NCBI GenBank assembly: GCA_016208745.1
Contig: JACQXN010000017.1
Location: 1 to 54,499, forward strand
DNA length: 54,499 nucleotides
Source: Candidatus Portnoybacteria bacterium
GTDB lineage: Bacteria > Patescibacteriota > Minisyncoccia > Portnoybacterales > GWB1-42-6
Direction: 5' to 3'
Position numbers and translations under genes: made by a program. The notes under the pieces were generated by a model, which saw only the letters and a program-made list of their open reading frames with translations, was not told the DNA's origin and made no database searches. Positions 32,494-42,215 of this stretch are shown piece after piece. The first letter of the stretch is position 1. Every line of letters begins with the position of its first letter.

Positions 32494-33546
32494 TTATTCA
32501 TTTAATTTTAAAACTTTTCCTGAACCAGAAATTTTCTGATCTATCTGCGGATTGCCAATATAGGAAACTTCGCCGCTGCCGCTGATCGTTATATCTAATT
32601 TTTCCTGAACGCGAATCTGCGCCTTGCCCGCACCGCTGATTTTAATATCAGCCTTTTTGCTTTCTAAATTTTTTGCCTCATAGTTTCCTGAACCACTAAT
32701 GCTTATTTCCTGATTAGTTGCTTTGCCCGAAAGCGAAAAATCGCCCGAGCCAGAAATTGTTGATTTTAAATTTTCGGCTTCAACATTGAGATTGGCCTTG
32801 CCTGAACCGGTGATTAAAACTTCCAAAGAATTTGTTTTTAAATTAGCGGCGCTAACTGAGCCGGAACCTGAAATAGAAACCTTATTTATATCTTTGACTG
32901 TGATATAAAAATTAACCTGCTTTTGGGGCTTGATAAAAAACCACGGCCAGAATCTTTCGTATTTAATTTCTAGCGCTTTATCGCTAACACGAGTGCTGAT
33001 TTTTGGTATTATATTGTCTTCGGCCTCTATTTTCAAAGATTCTTTATCCCCTTGCTCAATAATAAGATTGCCTAATCCCGATAAATAAATTTTATCAAAA
33101 TCGGCCACCTCCCTTTCCTCGGTTATGACGTTTCCCGAACCAGAAATAAATTCTCCAAAAATTGGAGAGGCGCCTTGACTGCCAAAAACAAGAAAAATAA
33201 TAAGGGCCAAAACAACAAAAGTTGCCAGAATCCCAAAAAGCGCGCCCAACCAGCCTTTAAAGGAAATAAAAGAAAGGCCGATAATAATTATAAGCAACGG
33301 CCAAAAATAATCCCAATTCCATTTAACTTCGAAATCCACCCAGCCAGCCGCCGCTCCCAAATAAGCTAGGCCAATAAAAATAATAATCAAACCGATTAAA
33401 AATTTACCGAAATTAAATCCGTGCTTATCTTTATGATAATGATGGTGATGCACTTCCCTTATTGATTCTTTTTGCTCTGGCTTCTGCTCTTGTTTTTGCT
33501 CTTGGTTTTCGGTTTTTTGTTGGGGATTTTGTTCAGTGTTTTCCAT
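32494..33546 (-). CDS. Membrane protein with a GIN/DUF2807-type (putative auto-transporter adhesin head) repeat domain
   Basis: His-rich N-terminus, TM helices, then repeated ISGSGxxxx units (ISGSGSVS, ITGSGKAN, ISGSGDFS, ISGSGNYE, ISGAGKAQ, ISGSGEVS). Confidence 0.6.
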   Translation of the reverse strand: MENTEQNPQQKTENQEQKQEQKPEQKESIREVHHHHYHKDKHGFNFGKFLIGLIIIFIGLAYLGAAAGWVDFEVKWNWDYFWPLLIIIIGLSFISFKGWLGALFGILATFVVLALIIFLVFGSQGASPIFGEFISGSGNVITEEREVADFDKIYLSGLGNLIIEQGDKESLKIEAEDNIIPKISTRVSDKALEIKYERFWPWFFIKPQKQVNFYITVKDINKVSISGSGSVSAANLKTNSLEVLITGSGKANLNVEAENLKSTISGSGDFSLSGKATNQEISISGSGNYEAKNLESKKADIKISGAGKAQIRVQEKLDITISGSGEVSYIGNPQIDQKISGSGKVLKLNE

Positions 33547-33548
33547 AA

Positions 33549-34016
33549 TTAGTTAGACTTTTTGTTAAAAATTATGTAAAAACCGATAAAAACAAGCGCC
33601 AACGGCCAAAATATGCTCCAGCTAAACCAATGAACAGGGAACAATTGATTTAACAAAGCAATTATTCCGATGAAGACCACTATTAAACCGATAATATTTC
33701 TCTTTTCTTTAAGCCATGGTTTGTTTTCGCTAATTTCTCCGGCAAATTCTTGCGCCCGGTCTTTTAAGTCTTGAGCGAATTCCTTGATTTTTTCTTCACG
33801 ATTTATTGATGCTTCTTGGCCGCCCGGCTCTTTGGGAACGATAAAAATTAAAATTATATAAAGAATTATGCCCGCGCCATTAATCAAAGCCAGCAGAATA
33901 AACGCCGCCCTCATTAAAACCGGATCAATATCAAAATATCTTGCCAAGCCGCCGCAAACGCCGGCTATGATTTTGTCGGTCTGCGAACGATAAAGTTTTT
34001 TGGATTGGTTTTCCAT
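33549..34016 (-). CDS. PspC-domain membrane protein
   Basis: LYRSQTDKIIAGVCGGLARYFDIDPVLMRAAFILL is the PspC domain signature. Confidence 0.75.
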   Translation of the reverse strand: MENQSKKLYRSQTDKIIAGVCGGLARYFDIDPVLMRAAFILLALINGAGIILYIILIFIVPKEPGGQEASINREEKIKEFAQDLKDRAQEFAGEISENKPWLKEKRNIIGLIVVFIGIIALLNQLFPVHWFSWSIFWPLALVFIGFYIIFNKKSN

Positions 34017-34091
34017 ATATTTATACTTATTTAGTAATCAAAGCTATAATAGCAAGGCGCTAAATTATAAGCAAGTTTTGCGCAATATAAA

Positions 34092-34117
34092 TAAAAAGCC
34101 CACCTTAATGATGGGCC
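34092..34117 (-). terminator. Rho-independent terminator after the 34145-34417 gene
   Basis: Minus sense reads gcccatcattaaggtgggc followed by tttttattt. Confidence 0.65.
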
Positions 34118-34144
34118 AAATAGCTTAAGTTGCAAAAAGCGCCG

Positions 34145-34417
34145 TTATTCTTTTGGCTCCTCCCGAGGCCAAAGGCAGGAATCCCCCCAATTAACAATAC
34201 GAATCTCGCCTGTTTCTTGGTCAATCCACATCACACCAATTGACCTCCCCCTAATCTCTTTTTGCCGGTGAAGCGACTCAACTGGCGCACCTGCTCCGCA
34301 ATCGGGACAACCATCTTCGTGTTGTAGAAAAGTCCGACCGCATCCTAGACAACGATGGGAGTCCCCTAAAAACGATTCAAATGCGCGAATATCGCGCAAT
34401 GCTTCTGTGTTATGCAT
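34145..34417 (-). CDS. Zinc-ribbon protein (90 aa), paralogue of 18434-18625 with a C-terminal extension
   Basis: MHNTEALRD...CLGCGRTFLQHEDGCPDCGAGAPV aligns with the 63-aa protein. SD gggaggg is present, and the DNA is GC-richer than its neighbours. Confidence 0.55.
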   Translation of the reverse strand: MHNTEALRDIRAFESFLGDSHRCLGCGRTFLQHEDGCPDCGAGAPVESLHRQKEIRGRSIGVMWIDQETGEIRIVNWGDSCLWPREEPKE

Positions 34418-34451
34418 TTTTACCCTCCCGCATTTTAAATGGTTAAAAGAA

Positions 34452-34883
34452 CTAAAACATCGCCTCCTGTTTTTTGTCTAGCGCCTGATTGACTAATCTA
34501 TCCGCTTCTTTATTTTCCTCACGCGGAATAGAAATAAATTTAACCTCCCCAAAATTAATTATTAAATTCCAAACTTTTAAAAACAACTGCTGAATATTTG
34601 GCTCTTCAATTTTATATTCGTGATTAAGTTGCTTAACAACCAACTCCGAATCTATTCGCATTTCAATTTCTGATTCTTTGGTTTTTTCTTTGCCATAAAG
34701 CGCTTTGACTTTTTTTAACGCAAAAATAACCGCCTCATATTCGGCTTCGTTATTTGTTTTTTCACCAATCGCTTGAGAGTATTTTTTTAGCGGCTCATTT
34801 TTTTCATTGGCGATAACCACCCCTATTGCCGCTGGGCCAGGATTGCCTCTTGAACCACCGTCGGTATAAACTATGAATTTCAT
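34452..34883 (-). CDS. rnhA: Ribonuclease HI family protein
   Basis: YTDGGSRGNPGPAAIG (D), NNEAEYEA (E), DSELVVKQL (D), NKEADRLVNQA (D): the RNase H catalytic DEDD pattern. Confidence 0.8.
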   Translation of the reverse strand: MKFIVYTDGGSRGNPGPAAIGVVIANEKNEPLKKYSQAIGEKTNNEAEYEAVIFALKKVKALYGKEKTKESEIEMRIDSELVVKQLNHEYKIEEPNIQQLFLKVWNLIINFGEVKFISIPREENKEADRLVNQALDKKQEAMF

Positions 34884-34893
34884 TATATAAGTT

Positions 34894-35083
34894 CTTGCCT
34901 GGCAAAAATTTTATTAGAAAATCGAGATGAGTTTTGCGTAAAATTTGCGTGCTGTGGTGGGGCCCCGACCGTGAGGTTGGGGTGTTATGCATAGCAAATT
35001 TAGCAAAACGAATTCGATTTTCTTAAAATTTTATGCCCGGCAAAGCAGTTTTTTGGTTACTTTTTTGCTGTCAAAAAAGTAAC
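34894..35083. repeat. ~190-nt composite structured repeat, copy C
   Basis: Outer stem cttgcctggcaaaaattttattagaaaatcga / tcgattttcttaaaattttatgcccggcaaag. The apex is unrelated to the other copies. The trailing hairpin ggttacttttttg-ctgt-caaaaaagtaac abuts the recJ stop. Confidence 0.75.
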
Positions 35084-35084
35084 G

Positions 35085-36824
35085 TCATAAAGATTGCTTT
35101 ATGTCAATAATCCTTAGCTGTAAATCCCTGTTCCCATTCCATTCGTCAACTATCAACTCAAAAGCCAAATCAACCTTATCGCCTGCTTTTAAATTCTCAT
35201 TGCCGTTTTTTGCGAGCCTAAAACCAATAGCTTTAAAAATTTTATTATTTGGATTTCCCCCTTTTAGTTCTAGCTTCAAATGCTTGGAGCCGTTGCCAAC
35301 CAAGCGGGAGTTTACAATCTCCAAATCTTTTATCATAAAGACTGGGTCTCTATTGCCATTTCCAAAAGGCTCAAATTTCACCAAATTATCAAAAAGCTCC
35401 CAATTAATGTTTTTGGGCGCAATTTCTGTCTCAATTTCCAAAACAGGCGCCAGGTCTTCGGGCTTGATTTTTGCTCTCGCAAACTGATTTATTTTCTCTC
35501 TAAAAAGAGGCAAGTTCTCTTTCTTAAGAGAGAGTCCGGCAGCTACGGGATGGCCGCCAAAGTCTTTTAAAAATTCCGCAGAATCTTTCAACGCCTCAAT
35601 TATATTAAAAGCCGGCAGGCTTCGGGCTGAACCGCGGCTTAAGCCATTCTCGTGATTTAAAATAATTGTCGGCCGCTGATATTTATCGGATATTTTTCCC
35701 GCCACCAGACCGACAATGCCTGCTGACCAATTTTGGTCTCCTTCAATAATAATCGGGTAATTGGGGTCGTTAATATAGCTTTTTATTCTCTCCTCAACCT
35801 GCGCCACTATGTCATCAGTTATTTTTTGTCGCTGGCGGTTAAAATTATCTATTTCTTGAGCAAGCTCCCGTGCCTTTTCCCGTTCTTGTGACTCCAAAAG
35901 CCTAAACGCCAAATTAGCATGTTTTATGCGACCGGCAGCATTAAGCCGTGGCGCAAGCATAAAACCTAAAGCGTAAGAATTAAGATTCGTTGTCATAGTT
36001 TCTGCTTCAAAAACAGGATCAAGCCGGGCAATTTTCATTAATTCCTGCAAACCGATGCGTTGGGTCTGCGCTAAAACTATCAAGCCATAACGAACCAATG
36101 TTCTATTTTCTCCAATCAAAGGCACGCAATCAGCCACTGTTGCCAGGGCCACCAAATCAAGCAACCATTTTTCAAATCCTTCTTTAATTTTTTGACCACC
36201 TTCTTTAATCAAAGCCTGAACCAATTTGAAAGCCACACCCGCGCCAGCTAATGTCTTGAAAGGATATTTATCGCCTTTTTGGAAAGGGTCAATAATAACT
36301 TTGGCAGAAGGCAGCTTTTTGCCCAATTGATGATGATCGACAATAATGACTTCCATTTTTAAAGAATTGGCTAATTTAACTTCAGCTACATCGGTTATGC
36401 CGCAGTCAACTGTGACAATGAGTTTTGTGTTTTCCTTGGCTATTTTTTTTATCGCTGTGCTGTTTAATCCGTAGCCATCATTAATTCTGTCGGGAATCTG
36501 AACTTCTCCCAAGCAAGCGCCAAGCGCTTCAAGAGTGCTTTTTAGAATAAGTGCTCCGCAAACTCCATCAGCGTCATAGTCGCCAAAAATCGTTATTTTT
36601 TCCTGCTTTTTTACCGCCTTTAAAATTCTCTTAACCGCTTCTTTTACACCCAACATTAAAAAAGGATCATGCAGATCCTCCTTATAATCTGGGTTAAAGA
36701 ATTCGTCAATTTCTTTCTGTGTTTTAAGCCCTCGGCTGTACAGAAGCTGTAAAACCATCGGGCTGTATTCGGGAAACTGACCTATGAATTCTTTTGGTGC
36801 TTTTGGTTTAAGAAGCCAATTCAT
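35085..36824 (-). CDS. recJ: Single-stranded-DNA-specific exonuclease RecJ
   Basis: DHH-family motifs (IFGDYDADGV, VDCG, IIVDHH, GGH) and a C-terminal OB-like region. Confidence 0.9.
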   Translation of the reverse strand: MNWLLKPKAPKEFIGQFPEYSPMVLQLLYSRGLKTQKEIDEFFNPDYKEDLHDPFLMLGVKEAVKRILKAVKKQEKITIFGDYDADGVCGALILKSTLEALGACLGEVQIPDRINDGYGLNSTAIKKIAKENTKLIVTVDCGITDVAEVKLANSLKMEVIIVDHHQLGKKLPSAKVIIDPFQKGDKYPFKTLAGAGVAFKLVQALIKEGGQKIKEGFEKWLLDLVALATVADCVPLIGENRTLVRYGLIVLAQTQRIGLQELMKIARLDPVFEAETMTTNLNSYALGFMLAPRLNAAGRIKHANLAFRLLESQEREKARELAQEIDNFNRQRQKITDDIVAQVEERIKSYINDPNYPIIIEGDQNWSAGIVGLVAGKISDKYQRPTIILNHENGLSRGSARSLPAFNIIEALKDSAEFLKDFGGHPVAAGLSLKKENLPLFREKINQFARAKIKPEDLAPVLEIETEIAPKNINWELFDNLVKFEPFGNGNRDPVFMIKDLEIVNSRLVGNGSKHLKLELKGGNPNNKIFKAIGFRLAKNGNENLKAGDKVDLAFELIVDEWNGNRDLQLRIIDIKQSL

Positions 36825-36946
36825 TAAATTCGATCAACAAATCTCTATAAATTTCGCGAGGTCAAACGGAACTGACCGAGCATGTCTCTATGAGTTTCGG
36901 ATATTTACAGAAACTTGCGGCTTGAAAGCCGCGAAATATATTGAAA

Positions 36947-38119
36947 TTATTTTCCGTTGCTTAATGCGTCAATCCCCGGTAACTCGTCTCCTGCCAAAAA
37001 TTCCATCATTGCGCCGCCGCCGGTGGATACATGACTAAATTTATCAATTAAACCTAAATTTTCTATGAAACAGGTCGTTTCCCCGCCGCCAACAATAGAA
37101 AAAGCATTGCTTTGAGCGATTGATTTAGCCATCGCTTCTGTGCCATGGGCGAATTCGTTAACTTCAAAAAGACCCATTGGCCCATTCCAAACAACCATTT
37201 TTGATTCTTCTATAACCGCGCTAAATATTTTTTCTGTTTCCGGCCCAATATCTAAAATTAACTCGTTCTCGCTGATTTTCCCAACCGGCGCAATGCGATT
37301 TTCGCCTTTGCCAGTCCTGTCTTCAGAAACAATTGTGTCAACTGGAATATGAAGCTTGTTATCGGTGATTTCCAGTTTTTCAACGCCGGCTATTGCTTCC
37401 TTTTCAAACATTGATTTACCGATAGCCAGACCTTTGGCGTGCAAGACCGTGTTAGCCAGCGCTCCTCCTAAAATTACGTTATCGGCCTTTTTTAGATATT
37501 CCTCAATTAATTTTATTTTGGTAGAAATTTTTGCGCCGCCAATGACAACTGATAAGGGGCGGCTAGGGTTTTCTAAAACTTGAGAAAGAATTTTAACTTC
37601 CTTTTCAAGCAGAAAGCCGGCAAAAGAAGGCAAAAACTTGGGAATGCCGACAATTGAAGCGTGTGCCCGGTGAGAAACACCAAAAGCATCATTGACATAG
37701 ATTTCGCCAAGCGCGGCTAATTTTTTTGAAAACTCTTGGTCATTGGCTTCTTCTCCTTCGCAAAAACGCAAGTTTTCCAAGAATATAATTTCGCCATTGT
37801 TTAGGCTAGCTACCAAGCCTTCTACCTGCACTCCGATACAATCATCTGCTTTTTTAATTTTTGTATTTAAATATTCGGATAGCTTCTGCGCAACGGAAAC
37901 AAGACTCATTGATCCATCTTTTTTGCCATTCGGCCGGCCAAAATGCGACATTAAAATAATTTTGGCCTGATTTTTCAAAAGATATTTTATGGTTGGCAAA
38001 GCTGCTCTGATGCGAAAATCATCCATAATTTCCCCTGCCTTATCAATCGCCACATTAAAATCAACCCTCAATAAAACTTTTTTACCAGATAGATTGCCGG
38101 CATCCGAAATAACTCGCAT
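36947..38119 (-). CDS. pgk: Phosphoglycerate kinase
   Basis: RVDFNV, SHFGRP, FLENLRF, GGAKISTKI, STGGGA motifs. Confidence 0.95.
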   Translation of the reverse strand: MRVISDAGNLSGKKVLLRVDFNVAIDKAGEIMDDFRIRAALPTIKYLLKNQAKIILMSHFGRPNGKKDGSMSLVSVAQKLSEYLNTKIKKADDCIGVQVEGLVASLNNGEIIFLENLRFCEGEEANDQEFSKKLAALGEIYVNDAFGVSHRAHASIVGIPKFLPSFAGFLLEKEVKILSQVLENPSRPLSVVIGGAKISTKIKLIEEYLKKADNVILGGALANTVLHAKGLAIGKSMFEKEAIAGVEKLEITDNKLHIPVDTIVSEDRTGKGENRIAPVGKISENELILDIGPETEKIFSAVIEESKMVVWNGPMGLFEVNEFAHGTEAMAKSIAQSNAFSIVGGGETTCFIENLGLIDKFSHVSTGGGAMMEFLAGDELPGIDALSNGK

Positions 38120-38128
38120 ATGATTAAA

Positions 38129-38216
38129 TCTCCCCTAACCCCTCCTAAAGGAGGGGAATCACTCCCTCCCTTTAGAGCCTGCCCCGTACTTGATACGGGG
38201 GAGGGTTGGGAGGATT
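38129..38216. repeat. Cluster of GGAGGG/CCCTCC-type hairpins between tpiA and pgk
   Basis: cccctcc-taaa-ggagggg; ccccgta-cttga-tacgggg; ctccctccc...gggagggttgggagg. Confidence 0.7.
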
Positions 38217-38224
38217 TTTTAAAT

Positions 38225-38968
38225 TTACAGATTATTTATCGCTTGCCCGATCTTTGCAAACTCTTCTGCATCCAAACTCGCGCCACCAACTAAAAGCCCG
38301 GCCATTTGAGATTCTTTTATATAGTCTGCCGCGTTTCTGGCCTCAACGCTGCCGCCATAAATAATCGGAACTTTTTCTGCTAAAAATCGGCCATAGAGAT
38401 TGGTAAGAATTTTTTTGATGAAAAGCGCTGCGCTTAAAGCGTTATCGCTACTGCAAGCATTACCTGTGCCAATGGCCCAAACTGGCTCATAGGCGATAAT
38501 AATATTGCTAATTTGCGCTTTTGCAATATCGGTCAAACCAATTTTTAGTTGTCGCTCAACCACTTCCCCCATTTCTTGGCCTGTCTGTTCGCCCACGCAA
38601 AGAATCGGTTTTAAATCGCATTTTAAAGCCATTTTAAGCTTGAGATTGATAATTTCATCCGTTTCTCCTAAATATTGCCGCCGTTCTGAGTGGCCGACAA
38701 TAACATATTCGCAGCCCAAATCCGCCAGCATTCTTGCAGAAATTTCGCCAGTGTAGGCGCCCTGCAATTCCCAGAAAACATCCTGGCCGCCAAGTTTTGC
38801 GCTCTTGGATGGTTTAAGCGAAGACAAATAACAAAACGGCGGGCAAATTATTGTTTCAACATTCTTAAGTTTTTTTACATTATCGCTAACCGCGTCAAAT
38901 AAAACCCTTGCCTCTTTGGCGCTTTGAGGATTCATTTTCCAATTAGCGACTAATAATATTTTTTTCAT
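38225..38968 (-). CDS. tpiA: Triosephosphate isomerase
   Basis: ANWKMN, GHSERR, YEPVWAIGTG, GGASL motifs. The start is set at the internal ATG MKKILLVANWK. Confidence 0.9.
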   Translation of the reverse strand: MKKILLVANWKMNPQSAKEARVLFDAVSDNVKKLKNVETIICPPFCYLSSLKPSKSAKLGGQDVFWELQGAYTGEISARMLADLGCEYVIVGHSERRQYLGETDEIINLKLKMALKCDLKPILCVGEQTGQEMGEVVERQLKIGLTDIAKAQISNIIIAYEPVWAIGTGNACSSDNALSAALFIKKILTNLYGRFLAEKVPIIYGGSVEARNAADYIKESQMAGLLVGGASLDAEEFAKIGQAINNL

Positions 38969-38979
38969 TTTTTTATAAA

Positions 38980-39519
38980 TTACCACGGCCAATTAAATTT
39001 AATACAATACCAAGGGTCATTACAGCCACCATCAACTGCGGTTCTCCATCCACCGTCGGCATCGCTGGCAAGAACCGAATTGCCTGCTTCAAGCCGCGCC
39101 CGCAATATATAGTTCTGCCCGGTTCTCCCCTCCCATCCGGTATAATATGTCGGGTCGCTGTCGCTTTGAGTAGCTAGATCGTCCAAGGAATCTTGAGGCA
39201 CACTAGTCATTACTGGCACATAACCAGGGGGCATGGTCACTCCGCAAGTTGTTCCACTTTTTAAACAATTACTAAAATATGTCCAGTGGTCATCCCACGT
39301 TGGACCACCGGAACTAATCGGGTATTGCCCTACTTGATCATAAAATAACTCTAAAGCCGTAGAAATTGCTTTAAAATCAGTAATTCTTTTTGCGTCTCTT
39401 GCCTTTGCCCGTGCGCTATTAACGCTAACCACAATTATCGTAGACAAAACACCAATAATAGCGATTACGACCAGCAATTCTAAAAGGGTAAATCCTTTAT
39501 TCTTACCAAGAATTTCCAT
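38980..39519 (-). CDS. Type IV pilin / pseudopilin-like protein (prepilin N-terminal methylation domain)
   Basis: KGFTLLELLVVIAIIGVLSTI class III signal peptide. Confidence 0.75.
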   Translation of the reverse strand: MEILGKNKGFTLLELLVVIAIIGVLSTIIVVSVNSARAKARDAKRITDFKAISTALELFYDQVGQYPISSGGPTWDDHWTYFSNCLKSGTTCGVTMPPGYVPVMTSVPQDSLDDLATQSDSDPTYYTGWEGRTGQNYILRARLEAGNSVLASDADGGWRTAVDGGCNDPWYCIKFNWPW

Positions 39520-40139
39520 TAAATTTTATTTCTCATATTAAGGTGCCTAAAAATCCACCAACCCGCCCCTAAAATTATTAAAATTCCTATTAATAAATCA
39601 AATTTATGGAAATAAATCTTTAAAATATCCCAATTCTCGCCCAGGGCCACCCCCACATAAGTTAAGGCGAGAGACCAAGGCAGGGCGCCGGCAAAAGTAT
39701 AAAAACAGAATTTTTTAAAATCCATTTTGGCAATGCCAGCCGGCAAAGAAATAAAAGTGCGCACAATTGGCAGAAGCCGACTGAAAAAAACCGTAGCCTG
39801 GCCATATTTTTTAAACCATTTGTCAGCCAGCGCCAAATCATTATGCGAGACCAAAACATATTTTCCATATTTCTCCGCCAAGCGCCGGCCGCCATAAAAT
39901 CCAACAGCATAAGCGATAATTGAACCGATCAAATTTCCAATAGTCCCCCATAATACAACTTGCCATAAAACAAATTTTCCCTGGCTGACCAAAAAGCCGG
40001 AAAAAGGCATTATGACTTCCGAAGGAATCGGAATACAGGCGCTCTCCAAGGCCATTAGCAAGGTTACGCCAAAATAACCGCCAGCGTCAATAATATTTAT
40101 TACCAAAGAGGCAAGCCATGAAAGGATAACTGATACCAT
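39519..40139 (-). CDS. DedA-family membrane protein
   Basis: ESACIPIPSEVIMPFSGFL and the RLLPIVRTFISLPAG DedA/SNARE-associated pattern. Confidence 0.8.
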   Translation of the reverse strand: MVSVILSWLASLVINIIDAGGYFGVTLLMALESACIPIPSEVIMPFSGFLVSQGKFVLWQVVLWGTIGNLIGSIIAYAVGFYGGRRLAEKYGKYVLVSHNDLALADKWFKKYGQATVFFSRLLPIVRTFISLPAGIAKMDFKKFCFYTFAGALPWSLALTYVGVALGENWDILKIYFHKFDLLIGILIILGAGWWIFRHLNMRNKI

Positions 40140-40278
40140 CAGATAAAATTTCTAATTACTCTAATTAATCTAATTATTCTAAAGAAATCCCAAGCTCCAA
40201 ATCCTAGAATCTAAACATTTAGTTATCTATTCGCTGAAATTTAATTAGGGCAATTAGAGCAACTAGGTTAATTAGAAA
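40140..40278. repeat. AT-rich 'word' hairpin (aaatttctaatt... / ...aattagaaatt) upstream of the DedA gene
   Basis: aatttctaattactctaattaatctaatt pairs with aattagggcaattagagcaactaggttaattagaaatt. Confidence 0.65.
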
Positions 40279-41289
40279 TTATTCAATATTTCTCAAATAT
40301 TCCGCTGCTTTTTCTGGCTCAATCGTTGAAATCTGAATGCCTGTGCCAAGTTCAAACCCGGCCCAAATAGAGGTTTTAGGCATAATTTCCAGATGCCAAT
40401 GGTAGTGATCGTAATTTTTTCCGTCACAGGGCGCGGTATGAATAAAAAAATTGTAAGCCGGGTCAACCAAGCCTTTACAAATTTTATTTAAAGCAATTTG
40501 CACCGCTTGAGCCATCTCCTGCTTTTCATCTTCTTTAATTCTTTCAAAGTAAGCCCTATGCTCTTTTGGGTAAATCCTGACTTCAAAGGCAACCTTTGAA
40601 GCAAATGGCGCCAAAGCAACAAATTTGTTATTCTCAAAAATAATTCTTTGTTTGTCCTCTAAATCCCATTCAAGCATTGTGCAATGAACGCATTTGCCGT
40701 GCGTTTCAAAAAACTGGCGCGACCCATGAATGCTGCGCTGTAAATCAGGATCAGTTACTGGCATAGCGATAATTTGAGAATGAGGATGGGCGATTGAAGC
40801 GCCAGCTTCTTTGCCGTGATTATGAAAGATAGCAACATAATTCACAAGCTCCTCGTTCATTAATTCTAGATATCTTTCCTGATAAGCATCAATAACCTGT
40901 TTTATTTTTTCCACCTTAAAATGCGCCATATGCTGCTTATGGTCTCTGGTCACTAAAACTTCATGAAAACCAATGCCATCCATAACCTGATAAGGCCCGA
41001 TGCCTCTTTCACGAAGACTATTGCCGTGGGAAAAGGCCGGGTATTTATTGGGAAAAACAGCTACATCCCAATTCTTGGAATCTTGAGGCAAAAGCAACGT
41101 TGGTTTTTCTTGCCCTTTGAGGGTACAAAAAGGACATTCTTTTTCTAAAACGTCCTCTCTTTTCCGCTCTTCATTTTTAAAACTCTCTGGGCGTCTGGCG
41201 CGACCAGTCGCGATAACCACCCAGTCTTTTGATACCAGATCAAAACGAAGTTCTGAGGCGGATTTTTTATGAGACATCTCCTGACTCAT
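40279..41289 (-). CDS. galT: Galactose-1-phosphate uridylyltransferase (GalT / HIT-superfamily nucleotidyltransferase)
   Basis: CPFC zinc motif and the catalytic HPHSQI (HxHxQ). Confidence 0.75.
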   Translation of the reverse strand: MSQEMSHKKSASELRFDLVSKDWVVIATGRARRPESFKNEERKREDVLEKECPFCTLKGQEKPTLLLPQDSKNWDVAVFPNKYPAFSHGNSLRERGIGPYQVMDGIGFHEVLVTRDHKQHMAHFKVEKIKQVIDAYQERYLELMNEELVNYVAIFHNHGKEAGASIAHPHSQIIAMPVTDPDLQRSIHGSRQFFETHGKCVHCTMLEWDLEDKQRIIFENNKFVALAPFASKVAFEVRIYPKEHRAYFERIKEDEKQEMAQAVQIALNKICKGLVDPAYNFFIHTAPCDGKNYDHYHWHLEIMPKTSIWAGFELGTGIQISTIEPEKAAEYLRNIE

Positions 41290-42020
41290 AATTTCTTCCT
41301 TAAATCATATTTACCCCTAATCAAATTCCATTTTATTTTCAACAGCTCCCTTAAAGTATTAAAATAACTGCCCAAAGAAACCTTGCTTTCAGCCGGGTTA
41401 ATCCAAATAACAGGGAGCTCTTTAATTTTATAACCTAGTTTTTTTGCCAAAACAAGAATTTCTATATCAAATCCCCAACGCTCAATAGTCTGCCGAGAAA
41501 AAATCTCATTAACTGCGTTTTTAGGAAAAAGCTTAAAAGCTCTCTGGCTGTCATGAACTTCCCAAACAGTTAAGGCTCTTATTAAGTATTTGGCCATCTT
41601 GCCAAGTAATCTTCTATACCAAGCCGCGTGCTCCTCAATTTTTGAGCCTTCAACCTCAATTGAGCCGATAATTATATCGTATCCCTGCTTCAAATAAGGC
41701 CAGAAGTCTTCAATCTGGTCTAAAGAGATGGCATTGTCAGCGTCAATATACATGCAATATTCTCCCTGCGCCTCTAGCATCCCTTGCTTGACCACCCATC
41801 CTTTGCCGTGATTTTCTTTATTATCAATCAACTTTAAATTGCGCACTATTTTTTGAAAGTTGCTGACCACTTCCGCGGTTTTGTCTTTTGAGCCGTCATC
41901 AACCACAATAAGCTCGTAATCATAGCTCTGTTTTGACAAGTATTGGTCGTAAGCCAAAAGCGCTTTGGCAATTCTTTTTTCTTCATTGTAAGCGGGGATA
42001 ACAACTGATAAATAAGGCAT
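41286..42020 (-). CDS. Glycosyltransferase family 2 (polyprenol-phosphate glycosyltransferase-like)
   Basis: LSVVIPAYNEEKRI, VVDDGSKDKT, DADN motifs. Confidence 0.8.
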   Translation of the reverse strand: MPYLSVVIPAYNEEKRIAKALLAYDQYLSKQSYDYELIVVDDGSKDKTAEVVSNFQKIVRNLKLIDNKENHGKGWVVKQGMLEAQGEYCMYIDADNAISLDQIEDFWPYLKQGYDIIIGSIEVEGSKIEEHAAWYRRLLGKMAKYLIRALTVWEVHDSQRAFKLFPKNAVNEIFSRQTIERWGFDIEILVLAKKLGYKIKELPVIWINPAESKVSLGSYFNTLRELLKIKWNLIRGKYDLRKKL

Positions 42021-42125
42021 AGTATAAAATTTCTAATTCCTAATTTCTAATGTCTAATTCAATCCGCCCGCCGCGGCGGGCGGATATTATTGGAAATTGG
42101 TTATTGGGAATTGGGAATTATTTAC
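42021..42125. repeat. AT-rich 'word' hairpin with a central GC hairpin (ccgcccgcc-gc-ggcgggcgg)
   Basis: The left arm aaaatttctaattcctaatttctaatgtctaattcaat pairs with the right arm atattattggaaattggttattgggaattgggaatt. Five T-vs-G positions all point in one direction. Confidence 0.75.
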
Positions 42126-42181
42126 TCCTATCATATCATATCCCTCTTTAATTTCCCAATAAAAAATCCACAGACTATAAA

Positions 42182-42213
42182 AAACAAACCCAGCAGATTT
42201 TGCTGGGTTTTTG
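42182..42213. terminator. Bidirectional terminator-like hairpin after the map operon
   Basis: aaaacaa-acccagca-gattt-tgctgggt-ttttg. Confidence 0.65.
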
Positions 42214-42215
42214 TG

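Noticed and set aside
34804-34992. 62-aa minus-strand ORF overlapping the start of the RNase HI gene
   Set aside because: It is mostly encoded by copy C of the structured repeat and overlaps rnhA out of frame. It has no SD.
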